43,710 nt of DNA, from positions 1-43,710 of the forward strand of contig JBCCQQ010000054.1 of the NCBI GenBank assembly GCA_039024555.1, given 5' to 3'. Under the pieces are notes generated by a model, which did no database searches, had not been told where the DNA came from, and saw only the letters and a list, made by a program, of their open reading frames with translations. Shown in pieces: positions 19,601-28,598 of the stretch (positions are counted from its first letter, which is position 1; each line of letters begins with the position of its first letter). The stretch comes from Cyanobacteria bacterium P01_D01_bin.156 (lineage in GTDB: Bacteria > Cyanobacteriota > Cyanobacteriia > Phormidesmidales > Phormidesmidaceae). The translations under genes and the position numbers were made by a program.

Positions 19601-20301
19601 ACGAGATACAGCAAGTAGACCACAACGCTCAGAGTGCTCAACTAAAAGTTCAACGAGCTGATCAAGTTTTTCAAGCGGGGGACCGTGCTATGAATCAAGC
19701 TGTGGACTCCATTGCACTCTTGCAAACTAAAGTGGAAGAGACAGCTCAGCAGGTGAAGCGTCTTGGAGAAGCCTCTCAAAATATTTCACGGGTGGTCAAT
19801 CTTATTCGAGACTTAGCTAGTCAAACCAATGTTCTTGCGCTCAATGCTTCGATTGGGGCAAATAGTTCCGGTGATCAGAGCCAGGGGTTTGGTGTTGTTG
19901 CCGAAGAGGTACGTTCTTTGGCAGAGCAATCAACAGTTGCAACCCGTGAAATTGAAACTCTGGTGGAAGAAATTCAAACTGAAACGAACCAAGTGGTAAG
20001 TACAATGGAATCCTGGGGAGATGATGTTAGTGAGAGTATGGACTTGGTGGAAACATCCAGACAGCGCCTCAACTCTATTTCTACTCTGGGTGGTGAAGTC
20101 CGTGTATTAGTTGAGGCTATTGCTCAAGCTACCTTGGTTCAAAATCAAGCCGCCACATCAGTCTCGCATACGATGCAAGATGTCAGACAGATTTCCCAGG
20201 AGAATTCTCAGCTTTCCATCAGTGTTTCAGAGTCCTTCAAACAGCTTTTAGAGGTGGCTAACCGTCTGCAGTCAAGAATTGATCAATTTAAGGTTCAATA
20301 A
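16696..20301 (+). CDS. Photosensory methyl-accepting chemotaxis protein (PixJ-like) with four cyanobacteriochrome GAF domains
   Basis: Two closely spaced N-terminal TM helices; four GAFs, each with DRV..Y.FN.DW.G, DPCF and CH motifs; HAMP-like segment; C-terminal MCP signalling domain (QTNVLALNA...GFGVVAEEVRSLA). Confidence 0.93.
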   Translation: MNSNQYPSTKNTGENADSSVIFQGDFESDIEFSKQQAPNASAITKFSATETEVVDQEAPFPAISAPVYLQRGFRWQVLLLTILLSLPLVTGVAGLMLWLKQPLVGALLGSIITALIASLVIARRRSANDFYQTAKYEEIDLLEVDNNRLSAQLTEVTLQKSQLAQQYQLLSMLAFRVRQIPEQSVLFETLVQGVRDLLDTDRVIVYRFNPDWSGTIVAESVDPAYPASLDETIGDPCFHQRHASQYKNGRTRAISDIYQEPGLTDCHIRMLEQYRVRANLVVPIRHNEELFGLLIAHHCRSARDWSEADLNLMSQVVTEVEYQIDFLTQTHQNKQLTRQSQLLSMLAFRVRQIPEKDVLFETVVSGVRDLLATDRVVIYWFNPDWSGTIVAESVNPAYPASLDETIGDPCFHQRHAAQYKDGRTRAIADIYKEPGLTDCHVRMLEQYRVRANLVVPVRLNDQLVALLIAHHCSDARYWSDADLQLTSQVATEIEYQLDFITQSQQKTASAKHAWFLGDIAFRARQTNDLDDVFKSTVKNLRQLISADRVVVYHFNPDWTGTMVAESVSSEFTSVLNEKIDDPCFRGRYVDLYRNGRVRGINNIRQEPGLTECHIRLLEKYEVKANLIAPLRRKDELFGLLITHQCSAPRNWTANELDLISQTSTQLGYALEHLDSLKDLESAVDRSRLFGDIAFRTRQSLDVDMVMRVVLEGGLKLLDTNRLLVYRFNADWSGTMTYEAVSSERWPRVLNTRIFDPCFKGRYVDMYRNGRVRAINDIYQEPGLSDCHIRTLEQYDVRANLVAPIRVQGELYGLLIAHHCDGSRIWSQSDKEFLSELATQTEYALGHLEFISELENARNTAEQVSQQQRQQREVIQHQLTDLRQSLEVAFNGDLRVRAVAPNGDIGIFASFLNESLEHLQQIVQEVQLASETVTQTANANQHSVAQLSKATLRQSDELADAMQTVGAIANEIQQVDHNAQSAQLKVQRADQVFQAGDRAMNQAVDSIALLQTKVEETAQQVKRLGEASQNISRVVNLIRDLASQTNVLALNASIGANSSGDQSQGFGVVAEEVRSLAEQSTVATREIETLVEEIQTETNQVVSTMESWGDDVSESMDLVETSRQRLNSISTLGGEVRVLVEAIAQATLVQNQAATSVSHTMQDVRQISQENSQLSISVSESFKQLLEVANRLQSRIDQFKVQ
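17200..19240 (+). repeat. Four tandem intragenic GAF repeats, period 519/519/522 bp
   Basis: DPCF codons start at 17398, 17917, 18436 and 18958. Repeats 1 and 2 are near-identical at the protein level. Outer boundaries are approximate. Confidence 0.9.
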
Positions 20302-20334
20302 CTATCTTTTCCCAAAGTGCTATCTTCTTGACCT

Positions 20335-23115
20335 ATGGTGTCAGACTTTCGCCCTGATGAGTCCTATCAATTCTTTCTCCAAGAAGCGCCTCAACTTTTA
20401 CAAGTTCTAGAAGCAGGGGTTCTAAATTTACACCAAAGTACTGAGGTAGAACGTATTTGGAATTTGATGTGTACTACCCACTCTATCAAAGGAGGAGCTG
20501 CCTGTGCAGGGATGGATGCTATCCAGGAGTATGCTCATCATTTAGAAAGCTGTCTCAAAGGGCTGTCAGACCTCTCTTTACCAGTTTCTTTGGCTGTAGA
20601 GGAGTTACTGTTGCAAGCTTTGGATTATTTGAAAGCTGCTGTTGTAGAAGAAGTTAAAGGGAGAGACAGTAGTGCTGTCTTACTGCAAGGGCGCTCAGTT
20701 ATTGGTGAATTGTTCAAACATTTGCCATCCCTTGAGCAGGAGACTAAGGATGTGGATGTGGTGTATGTCTTATTCCGAGAGGATGTTGCCAAGGGATTGA
20801 GAACGTTGAGCCAGCTATTGGACGATAAAGCGACGCCAGCCCGCCTCGAAACCTTTAGAATCCAAGTGGAAATTCTACAGGGGATTGGTGAGATTGCTAA
20901 TTTGCCTGGTTTTATTGAGATTGCCACCTATACACTGACGGCAATAAATGCTGCGCCTGACAAGTTAGATGCCATTGCTCCTATCGCTCTGAATGATTTA
21001 ACGACTGCTCAAGAGCTAGTGTTGAATGGAGACAGGGCTGTTGGTGGCAAGCCATCCCAGGAGTTAGAAAATTTAGCAACAACCTCGCCACAGACTGGTT
21101 GTGAAGATCATGATGATGTAATAGCACCTGCAAATTATCCAATAGAACAAGCAAAAAGTGACGTATTAACCACGTCCTATGACTCGAGTCGGAAGACTCC
21201 GATTTTATTATCCTCATCAAATGACGAACAAAAATGGGCTGACATCAATGATTTGGTAGGTGAAATGGTTACCCTTGCCAGTCGCTTAACCGCACATCAA
21301 AGCCAATCAAGCAAGACACTGACGGTAGGTGAGCGATCATTCTTTCGCTTGAAACAGCTACTGACAAAATTACAGCATCGATACATTGCTGCTCAAAATA
21401 CGCTTGCGGAGGATGATTCTGAGAGTAGCTTGCCGTATAGGATACAGCAGCAAAAATATAAGGGCTTGCAGGCTGACCTGCAAGATATGGCTGCTGAAAT
21501 GTCTCAACTAGGAGAATTCTTTAAAGACTTTAGTCTAGTCTATCAGCAGTATCAGTATTTACTTAAACAAAATCATAAACAGCTAAATCAAGTGCAGGAT
21601 CACCTTCTCCAAGCTCAGATGGTGCCTGTTAGTGTTGTTCTAAACCAGTTTCCTAGGGTTGTACGTCAGCTGTCGCAACAACAAAAAAAATCGGTAAGGC
21701 TGGTTGTTACTGGTGAGACTACGTTAGTTAATAAAACTCTTTTAGAGAAACTTTATGAGCCATTACTCCACCTACTTCGTAATGCTGTTGATCATGGCAT
21801 TGAACCTAATGATGTACGTCAAGCGTCTCACAAGCCTTTGCCTGCCACGATTACTCTCTGTGTAAAACGTCAGGGCCATAATGTATATATCGAAATAGAA
21901 GATGATGGCCGAGGAATCGATCTAGATGCCATTCGGCATACCATTATTGCTAAAGGTTGGTTGCTCCCTGATGAAGCGGTTGCAGTACCTAACCAACATT
22001 TACATGATTATCTCTTTCAACCCAACTTCTCTACAGCGACTGAAGTGAGTCAATTATCTGGTCGTGGTATGGGGTTGTATGCTGTACGCTCTCAAATTCA
22101 TGACTGTCAGGGGTCAGTGCGTGTACACTCACAATTAGGCGCCGGTGCTCGCTTTACCCTACGTTTGCCTGCTAATACTGCGGTCACAAAACTGTTGCTA
22201 TTTCGCAGTCAACAACAGCTATATGCAATCCCTGTAGATGCTGTATTAGCCTTGACATATGCAACACCCAACCGGCTAAAGTCGGAAAAAAATCAGGTTT
22301 ATTATTTTTGGAAGGAACAAACAATACCTTTCTATATGTTGTTTCATCTTTTAACATATCGTTATCCACTGCCATCAGTTAGTCGTGAGGCATTGGGGTG
22401 GCTCGGCCCTAATGCTATTGAACAAGTTGCTTTAGACCACACTATGGGCAGTTTTCAAATCCTGATTATTGGTGAAGAAGAAGAGTGTGTTGCTGTACGA
22501 GTAGATGAAATATTAAGTCAGCAGGAATTGGTCATTAAATCTTTAGATGAGGAATTAATTACGCCTCCCGACTACGTCCAAGGAGCAGTAATTTTAGGGA
22601 ATGGGAGTCTCTTGCCAGTTTTGAATGGGAGGGTTTTAGTCGAAAGATGTTTACAGTTGCGTTATTTACAACTTCCTAAAGTCTCTACAAATCAACCGTT
22701 CTTAGAACGAACTGTTACACCAACAATTATGATTGTTGATGATTCTCTCACGATTCGTAGTGTTCTTGCTCTAACGCTACACAAAAATGGTTATCGGGTG
22801 CTTCAGGCCAAAGATGGTCAAGAAGCTTTGCCTTTGTTAGATCAAAATTCTGATATATCCGCTATTATCTGTGATATTGAAATGCCCCATATGAGCGGAA
22901 TTGAGCTGCTCAGTCGCTGTCGTCGCAGTGGTTTAACAATGCCAATCATTATGCTAACTTACCGTAACAGTGAGCGTTATCGTTTGCTGGCTCAGCAATT
23001 GGGCGCATCTGCGTATATGACTAAACCGTATCTAGACAAAGAGCTTTTGCAGGTATTAGGGAAATGTTTATATCAGCATCAACAGGTACAGCAGACAGCT
23101 AATACATCACTATAA
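20335..23115 (+). CDS. cheA: CheA-like hybrid histidine kinase (Hpt-HATPase-CheW-REC; PixL/PilL-like)
   Basis: Hpt THSIKGGA, N box HLLRNAVDHGIE, G1 EDDGRGID, F box FQPNFST, G2 SGRGMGL, CheW domain, receiver IVDDS...CDIEMP...KP. Confidence 0.93.
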   Translation: MVSDFRPDESYQFFLQEAPQLLQVLEAGVLNLHQSTEVERIWNLMCTTHSIKGGAACAGMDAIQEYAHHLESCLKGLSDLSLPVSLAVEELLLQALDYLKAAVVEEVKGRDSSAVLLQGRSVIGELFKHLPSLEQETKDVDVVYVLFREDVAKGLRTLSQLLDDKATPARLETFRIQVEILQGIGEIANLPGFIEIATYTLTAINAAPDKLDAIAPIALNDLTTAQELVLNGDRAVGGKPSQELENLATTSPQTGCEDHDDVIAPANYPIEQAKSDVLTTSYDSSRKTPILLSSSNDEQKWADINDLVGEMVTLASRLTAHQSQSSKTLTVGERSFFRLKQLLTKLQHRYIAAQNTLAEDDSESSLPYRIQQQKYKGLQADLQDMAAEMSQLGEFFKDFSLVYQQYQYLLKQNHKQLNQVQDHLLQAQMVPVSVVLNQFPRVVRQLSQQQKKSVRLVVTGETTLVNKTLLEKLYEPLLHLLRNAVDHGIEPNDVRQASHKPLPATITLCVKRQGHNVYIEIEDDGRGIDLDAIRHTIIAKGWLLPDEAVAVPNQHLHDYLFQPNFSTATEVSQLSGRGMGLYAVRSQIHDCQGSVRVHSQLGAGARFTLRLPANTAVTKLLLFRSQQQLYAIPVDAVLALTYATPNRLKSEKNQVYYFWKEQTIPFYMLFHLLTYRYPLPSVSREALGWLGPNAIEQVALDHTMGSFQILIIGEEEECVAVRVDEILSQQELVIKSLDEELITPPDYVQGAVILGNGSLLPVLNGRVLVERCLQLRYLQLPKVSTNQPFLERTVTPTIMIVDDSLTIRSVLALTLHKNGYRVLQAKDGQEALPLLDQNSDISAIICDIEMPHMSGIELLSRCRRSGLTMPIIMLTYRNSERYRLLAQQLGASAYMTKPYLDKELLQVLGKCLYQHQQVQQTANTSL

Positions 23116-23145
23116 AAGAGCTGCTTGAAGAAATTCTTTGTCTCA

Positions 23146-23640
23146 TTATAGGAGATTCATCCAGCTAGTAACGGCTACCGCTAGTGCATCTGCAGCATCA
23201 TCAGGGCGGGGAATAAATTCAAGTTTTAATTCTCGTTGTACAGCTTCTTGGACATCGTGTTTATCTGCATTGCCATAACCTGTCAAAGCCTGCTTAATCT
23301 GAGCTGGTGTAAACTCAACAAACGGTAGCTTATGTTGAGCTAATACCAACATAACCACACCTCTAGCTTGTGCAACAAGAATCGTGTTACCCATGCGATA
23401 AAAAAATAACTTTTCGATTGAGACAGAATCAGGCTGATACGTTGTTATCAGATTATTCAAATCGTCGTAGATAGTACATAGACGTGAGCCTACTTCTGTA
23501 CCTGCTGGTGTTTCAATAATCCCAAAGTCGATTACCTGAAGGTCTGGTTGAATATTGCGGAGTGTTGAAGGGTCGTATTCAAGAATACCGAACCCTAGAA
23601 TGGCTAGCCCTGGATCCAATCCTAGGATTCGTTTTTTCAC
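23146..23640 (-). CDS. ruvC: Crossover junction endodeoxyribonuclease RuvC
   Basis: [35 protein letters not shown]. Confidence 0.97.
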   Translation of the reverse strand: MKKRILGLDPGLAILGFGILEYDPSTLRNIQPDLQVIDFGIIETPAGTEVGSRLCTIYDDLNNLITTYQPDSVSIEKLFFYRMGNTILVAQARGVVMLVLAQHKLPFVEFTPAQIKQALTGYGNADKHDVQEAVQRELKLEFIPRPDDAADALAVAVTSWMNLL

Positions 23641-24720
23641 TTAGCGTGCACCTACAGGTGTACGTCCATTAGATGCAGGATCAGGAATACTGACACCAAA
23701 AACGGTACCAAAGGTTTTCTCAACCTTGTAACCAGAATCGATGGACTCTAGGGGATCTTTCCGTAAGCGATGACGTAAGCATAGAGCAATAACTGTTTGA
23801 ATGTCGCTTAAGGTGACTTCAGTGCGTCCTTCATAAGCAGTCAATGCCTTGGCAGCGCGATTGGAAACAATGTCACCGCGTAAGCCATCTACATCCAGCT
23901 CAGAACAAACTTGAGAGATTTGCACCCGATATTCGTGGTCGATAGTGACATCCTTTAGACGTTGCTGAGCGCTAACAATTTTTTCCTGTAGAGCTGTTTG
24001 TTTATCTTGGTACTTAGCCAAGAAGGCTTCGGGATCTTGATCAAACTCAGAGCGCTGTTCAACGATCTGTACCCGCTGAGATGGTTCTTTCACTGTGCGT
24101 ATCTCAGCATGCATACCAAAGCGATCTAGTAGCTGAGGACGCAATTCACCTTCTTCAGGATTGCCAGAACCAATTAATACAAATTGAGCTGGGTGACGCA
24201 CAGAAATGCCTTCGCGCTCTACGGTATTGCGTCCTGATGCTGCCGAATCTAACAATACGTCTACCAGATGGTCATCTAAAAGGTTAACCTCATCCACGTA
24301 GAGTAGTCCTCGGTTAGCTTTCGCAAGTAATCCTGGTTCAAATGCTTTTACACCTTCTGATAGAGCTTTCTCGATATCAATGGTGCCACACACTCTGTCT
24401 TCAGTTGCTCCCAGTGGTAAATCCACCATAGGCACCTTCATTGTGTCTGCGGGAACCACTTGTCCGTTAAATTCACGTTTGACTTCAGGATCCTCAGGGG
24501 ACCGGTTAAATGGATCGTTCTGCACAACCGGAATTTCAGGTAGAAGATCGGCCAACGCACGAATGGTGGTGGATTTGCCAGTACCGCGATCGCCCATGAT
24601 CATAACGCCACCGATTTTGGGATCGATGACATTCAAGATGAGGGCCAATTTCATATCTTCTTGGCCAATGACCGCCGAAAACGGAAAAACGGCACGCCGG
24701 TTTGAGGTAGCAGTACTCAC
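23641..24720 (-). CDS. chlI: Magnesium chelatase ATPase subunit I
   Basis: [61 protein letters not shown]; abuts ruvC. Confidence 0.97.
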   Translation of the reverse strand: MSTATSNRRAVFPFSAVIGQEDMKLALILNVIDPKIGGVMIMGDRGTGKSTTIRALADLLPEIPVVQNDPFNRSPEDPEVKREFNGQVVPADTMKVPMVDLPLGATEDRVCGTIDIEKALSEGVKAFEPGLLAKANRGLLYVDEVNLLDDHLVDVLLDSAASGRNTVEREGISVRHPAQFVLIGSGNPEEGELRPQLLDRFGMHAEIRTVKEPSQRVQIVEQRSEFDQDPEAFLAKYQDKQTALQEKIVSAQQRLKDVTIDHEYRVQISQVCSELDVDGLRGDIVSNRAAKALTAYEGRTEVTLSDIQTVIALCLRHRLRKDPLESIDSGYKVEKTFGTVFGVSIPDPASNGRTPVGAR

Positions 24721-24977
24721 AGGGCTTTCTAAAACGCGATGTATTTTTAACGACTAGATTTAATTGTGCCATAGTGCGGTTCCACTACTGTGGTTATGGC
24801 CGGTGAGTTGTTGGATATATCTCAACGTCAGTTGTTACCGTCTAAAACCTATTAACTAGTGTGTTGCCATCCATGGGGATTTCATGAATGACTCATTTAG
24901 GATTCAGAAGATTAGGCTAAGGTGTCCTCAAATCCACTGAACTGATTAGAACTTTTTAGCATTGTGCTGATTTAGCT

Positions 24978-25961
24978 ATGAGCTTTATTCACATTCGTCC
25001 TGATTGGCAGCTCCCTGAAAAGCTTGTAACCTCTGAAAGAGGTTACATCAACCGTCGTCGATTCGTAAGAAACCTAGTGGGTGCTGGCTTGGGGTTTGCC
25101 GCTACCAGTTGTTATCGTCGACCTCTGACATCAGAAGGTACGCATGCTTTTGAGCATACTTTGGGTGATCTAGTCGCGAATTTTACGCCCAATTCAGCTT
25201 TTGCCGATGTGGGTCAATCGGTGACTGATCAGAAGTTTGCCAGTCGTTACAACAACTTCTATGAATTTGGTCTAACTAAAAATATTTGGGCTAATGCGCA
25301 AAAGCTGCCGACAGACCCTTGGAAGTTGGAAGTTTCTGGCTTGGTGAAAAATCCTAAAACGTATGATTTAGATGACCTTTACAATAGATTTTCTCTGGAG
25401 GAGCGGATTTATCGTTTTCGATGTGTTGAAGCATGGGCCATGGTTGTTCCTTGGTTAGGATTTCCCATGCGTCAAATTTTAGAAGAGGTAGAACCTACAT
25501 CAGGAGCTAAGTTCGCTCGTTTTGAATCATTTTATGATCCAGCGATTACCGAAGGACCAGCTATTTCCTTTTCGAATCTACCTTGGCCCTATCATGAAGG
25601 GTTACGGCTAGATGAAATGGCTAACGAACTTGCTTTCTTTGCTGTTGGTATATATGGGCGGACGATGCCTAAGCAGCATGGTGCACCGATTCGCATGGTG
25701 GTGCCTTGGAAATACGGCTTTAAAGGGGCAAAATCCATCGTCAAAATTGAGTTTGTGGCGGAGCAGCCCACAACCTATTGGAATACCATTTCGCCAAATG
25801 AGTATAAATTTGAAGCCAATGTTGAACCAGACGTTTCTCACCCTCGCTGGTCGCAAAAACGTGAGCGTCTTGTAGGTGAGGGTGAAGCTTGGAATTGGGT
25901 TAAGCAGGATACTCTTATATATAATGGTTATGGCGAATATGTGGCTGGTCTATATAGTTAA
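24978..25961 (+). CDS. msrP: Protein-methionine-sulfoxide reductase catalytic subunit
   Basis: Tat motif NRRRF, YNNFYEF, RFRCVEAW (Mo-ligand Cys), HGAPIRMVVPWKYGFKG, HPRWSQ. Confidence 0.93.
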   Translation: MSFIHIRPDWQLPEKLVTSERGYINRRRFVRNLVGAGLGFAATSCYRRPLTSEGTHAFEHTLGDLVANFTPNSAFADVGQSVTDQKFASRYNNFYEFGLTKNIWANAQKLPTDPWKLEVSGLVKNPKTYDLDDLYNRFSLEERIYRFRCVEAWAMVVPWLGFPMRQILEEVEPTSGAKFARFESFYDPAITEGPAISFSNLPWPYHEGLRLDEMANELAFFAVGIYGRTMPKQHGAPIRMVVPWKYGFKGAKSIVKIEFVAEQPTTYWNTISPNEYKFEANVEPDVSHPRWSQKRERLVGEGEAWNWVKQDTLIYNGYGEYVAGLYS

Positions 25962-26124
25962 TTGACTGCCATATCTAGTTTTCAAAGATATGACGTTTCA
26001 GAGGTAAAACACCCATGGCTTAGAGCGGAATTCTCTGAGTCTTAATCATGTGTGTAATGTGAAACTTTTGCCTGTCACCATAGAAAATTTACACCACGTA
26101 GTCCGATGAAACGGTCATATTTTT

Positions 26125-26349
26125 ATGCCTATGCATATTGCAGATCCTGACCATATTGATACTGTTTTTGCCTTTCCCTATTGCGGTGTGAGGATTCAGG
26201 TTACTCGCAGCACTTACCTCGGAACAACCATCTATACAGCTTGGGTTGACCATTCAACCGGTAGTGCAGTCGCTGTTCCCAAAGCTTATAGTCGTCGGGA
26301 GGCTGTTAAACATGCCAAAAAATGGGTTTTGAAAACACTAGCAAAGTAG
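26125..26349 (+). CDS. Small hypothetical protein
   Basis: 74 aa ORF with globular beta/alpha-like composition, convergent with the next gene. Confidence 0.65.
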   Translation: MPMHIADPDHIDTVFAFPYCGVRIQVTRSTYLGTTIYTAWVDHSTGSAVAVPKAYSRREAVKHAKKWVLKTLAK

Positions 26350-26363
26350 TTTTTGGGGCACCC

Positions 26364-26759
26364 TTACTCAGTGGTATCTTCAGAGCCAAGTTCCTGAACA
26401 GAGCTGTTGTCTTCTTGTCTAGTGGGAATAAATAGCTTTTCTAGACGCTCTTTAGACCAGCTTTCACTGACAAATGAAACAGCGCTGATTTCTTCTAGCC
26501 TTACTAGCCAAACAGTACGGCGAGATACCTCATCATCAGGTTCATCATCTTCATCAGGTTCGTATACATGCACATATACAATTTCGACACAGGTTTCGTC
26601 TAGGTATACAGGAACACCGCTTAATCCACCCCAAGGAAGGCGTACCTGGACCTCTGTGCCTTCTTGCATGGCTGCTTCCAATCGCTGATGTAATCGACCA
26701 GCATAGGAATGCTTTTTATTATTTTCTACAAGATAAGGTATTTGCCGATTATTAGTCAT
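26364..26759 (-). CDS. Hypothetical protein, possible Sm/Hfq-like beta-barrel
   Basis: GGGAG RBS; GTEVQVRLPWGGLSGVPVYLDETCVEI ... VWLVRLEEISAV pattern with an acidic loop. Confidence 0.7.
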   Translation of the reverse strand: MTNNRQIPYLVENNKKHSYAGRLHQRLEAAMQEGTEVQVRLPWGGLSGVPVYLDETCVEIVYVHVYEPDEDDEPDDEVSRRTVWLVRLEEISAVSFVSESWSKERLEKLFIPTRQEDNSSVQELGSEDTTE

Positions 26760-27599
26760 GGCGCTCCCTGCTAGTTAACCAAATTGCTGCTGAGCCTTGA
26801 ATGATTTTAGCCAAAAGGCCAAAAGGTATTGTCAAATCAGATATCTAGTAGCTTTGGTTTATCCTCTCAGTCATCAGCATCTAAAGCTTGAGTAATCCAT
26901 ATTTTCTGGTGAGCCTATTGTTGCTTGAGTGGAATAGCTGCTCCGTTAATAAATGACACGTGGAGCAACAATGACAATTAAACCTCTGTGAGAAGGCCTA
27001 TCTAGAGTTGATCTGGGTTTTTGACGTGCTCGTGTGAGACCTATAGACGTTTAAGTTGATGGGGATGGTATGTGGTTAGACGAACCATATTGCATATCTA
27101 GATTAACTAAGTTCTCCTTAATATGACAGTAGGTATTGCTGCATATTATCGGCAACATCTTTATTCAAAGGACGTTGATAAAGGTATAGATGCCTGGCAT
27201 GATATTCAGATATATCAGCATTTCTTGAGTTTCTTTATGTGATTTGATTGACCCACTATATGCAGTTACTCAGAAGAACTACGTAAGATTAGATGTCCCG
27301 TATTTTTTTCTGTTTAATATAAAATCTTTTTCCTTAATTAAATAAGTTGAAGTTGCAAAAAACTTGAAGAATATGTCTTATTAGTAGTGAACTCGCCATT
27401 AATCTTACTTAATGTCATTAATTGCTAGATGTTGAAAGCACCTGATTCATATTATGGATTATTTGGTGGGTCTACACATTTTGCAGATTACTATATAATT
27501 CCTGGCAGTTTCCGATTCTGACTGTACACTCAGATGTGTAGAGTTTCTGCGTGCTACTTTTGTAGTATTCAGTCTTTATAGAAGTTCTAAACTTGACTA

Positions 27600-27938
27600 A
27601 TGAGCCTTAACACCAAATTGCCCACCACCGATATGCAAGTCACCAGTATTCGTTTTGAGCGAGAGCTCATTGACAAGCTGAAAACCCTGGCAGGTAGTCG
27701 TGGGTATCAGTCTCTGGTGCGTGAGGTTCTTTGGGACTATGTACGTCAGCATTCAGATGATCCAGGTTTTCAAATACAGCGTCAACAAATTCGAGCCATT
27801 ATGGCTGCGGAAGCACAGCGTTCTGAACGTTGTGCCTTGACTGGTGTGTTAATTGAACCTCAAGAAGAAATGTGGGTTGCTTTTACTACGGATCATGAGT
27901 TGGTGCCTCTGAGCATTGATAGTTTAGAGGAGGACTGA
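27600..27938 (+). CDS. Ribbon-helix-helix (CopG-like) domain protein
   Basis: QVTSIRFERELIDKLKTLA...YQSLVREVLWDYV ribbon-helix-helix pattern, plus a C-terminal CALTG domain. Confidence 0.75.
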   Translation: MSLNTKLPTTDMQVTSIRFERELIDKLKTLAGSRGYQSLVREVLWDYVRQHSDDPGFQIQRQQIRAIMAAEAQRSERCALTGVLIEPQEEMWVAFTTDHELVPLSIDSLEED

Positions 27939-27997
27939 AGAGCTTTCTCTGTAGGATTTGCTATAGGCATGCACTAAATTTTGGGTAGTCTGCGCCT

Positions 27998-28483
27998 GTG
28001 AGTAAGTTTCAAAATAATGCTTCTGACCTATGTCCTTGTGGTAGTCAGCAGCCATACACGAGCTGCTGTCAGGTATTCTTGACGGGCACTGCTATAGCAC
28101 CCACCGCTGAGGCATTGATGAGATCGCGATATGTTGCCTACGGTCAAGGCAATGTGGATTATTTGATATCAACACGCCATGTTTCAACCCGTCGCTCTGG
28201 TGATCGCATTGCTTTACTTGAGAGTGTTCAATCTACCACCTGGTTATCGTTAAAGGTTTTGAATACTTGGCAAGGGCGTAGACATGATCAAAGCGGCTAC
28301 GTAGAATTTATCGCAGTTTATCGTCAGTCAATCGTGGGGCAATTACACGAGCGTTCACGATTTGTTCGAGAAAATAAGCGCTGGTTTTATGTCGATGGCG
28401 ATATACTTCCGCCCATTTTGCCTAAGCGTAGCCATCTTTGCTGGTGTGGTAGCGGTAAAAAATTTAAGCACTGCCATGGTTGA
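27998..28483 (+). CDS. YchJ/UPF0225 family SEC-C motif protein
   Basis: CPCGS..Y..CC, TAEALMRSRY, VEF.A, HERSRF, WFYVDG, CWCGSGKKFKHCH. Confidence 0.92.
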   Translation: MSKFQNNASDLCPCGSQQPYTSCCQVFLTGTAIAPTAEALMRSRYVAYGQGNVDYLISTRHVSTRRSGDRIALLESVQSTTWLSLKVLNTWQGRRHDQSGYVEFIAVYRQSIVGQLHERSRFVRENKRWFYVDGDILPPILPKRSHLCWCGSGKKFKHCHG

Positions 28484-28598
28484 TCTATTTTCTACAGCCT
28501 ACTTAGCCAATTTACGTACCGGTCCTAACCCAAGCTTTGATTGATGGCGCTACGTTAATCTCAGGAAAGTTGGCTAGTTTCTTGCAGGGAGTAGAAAG

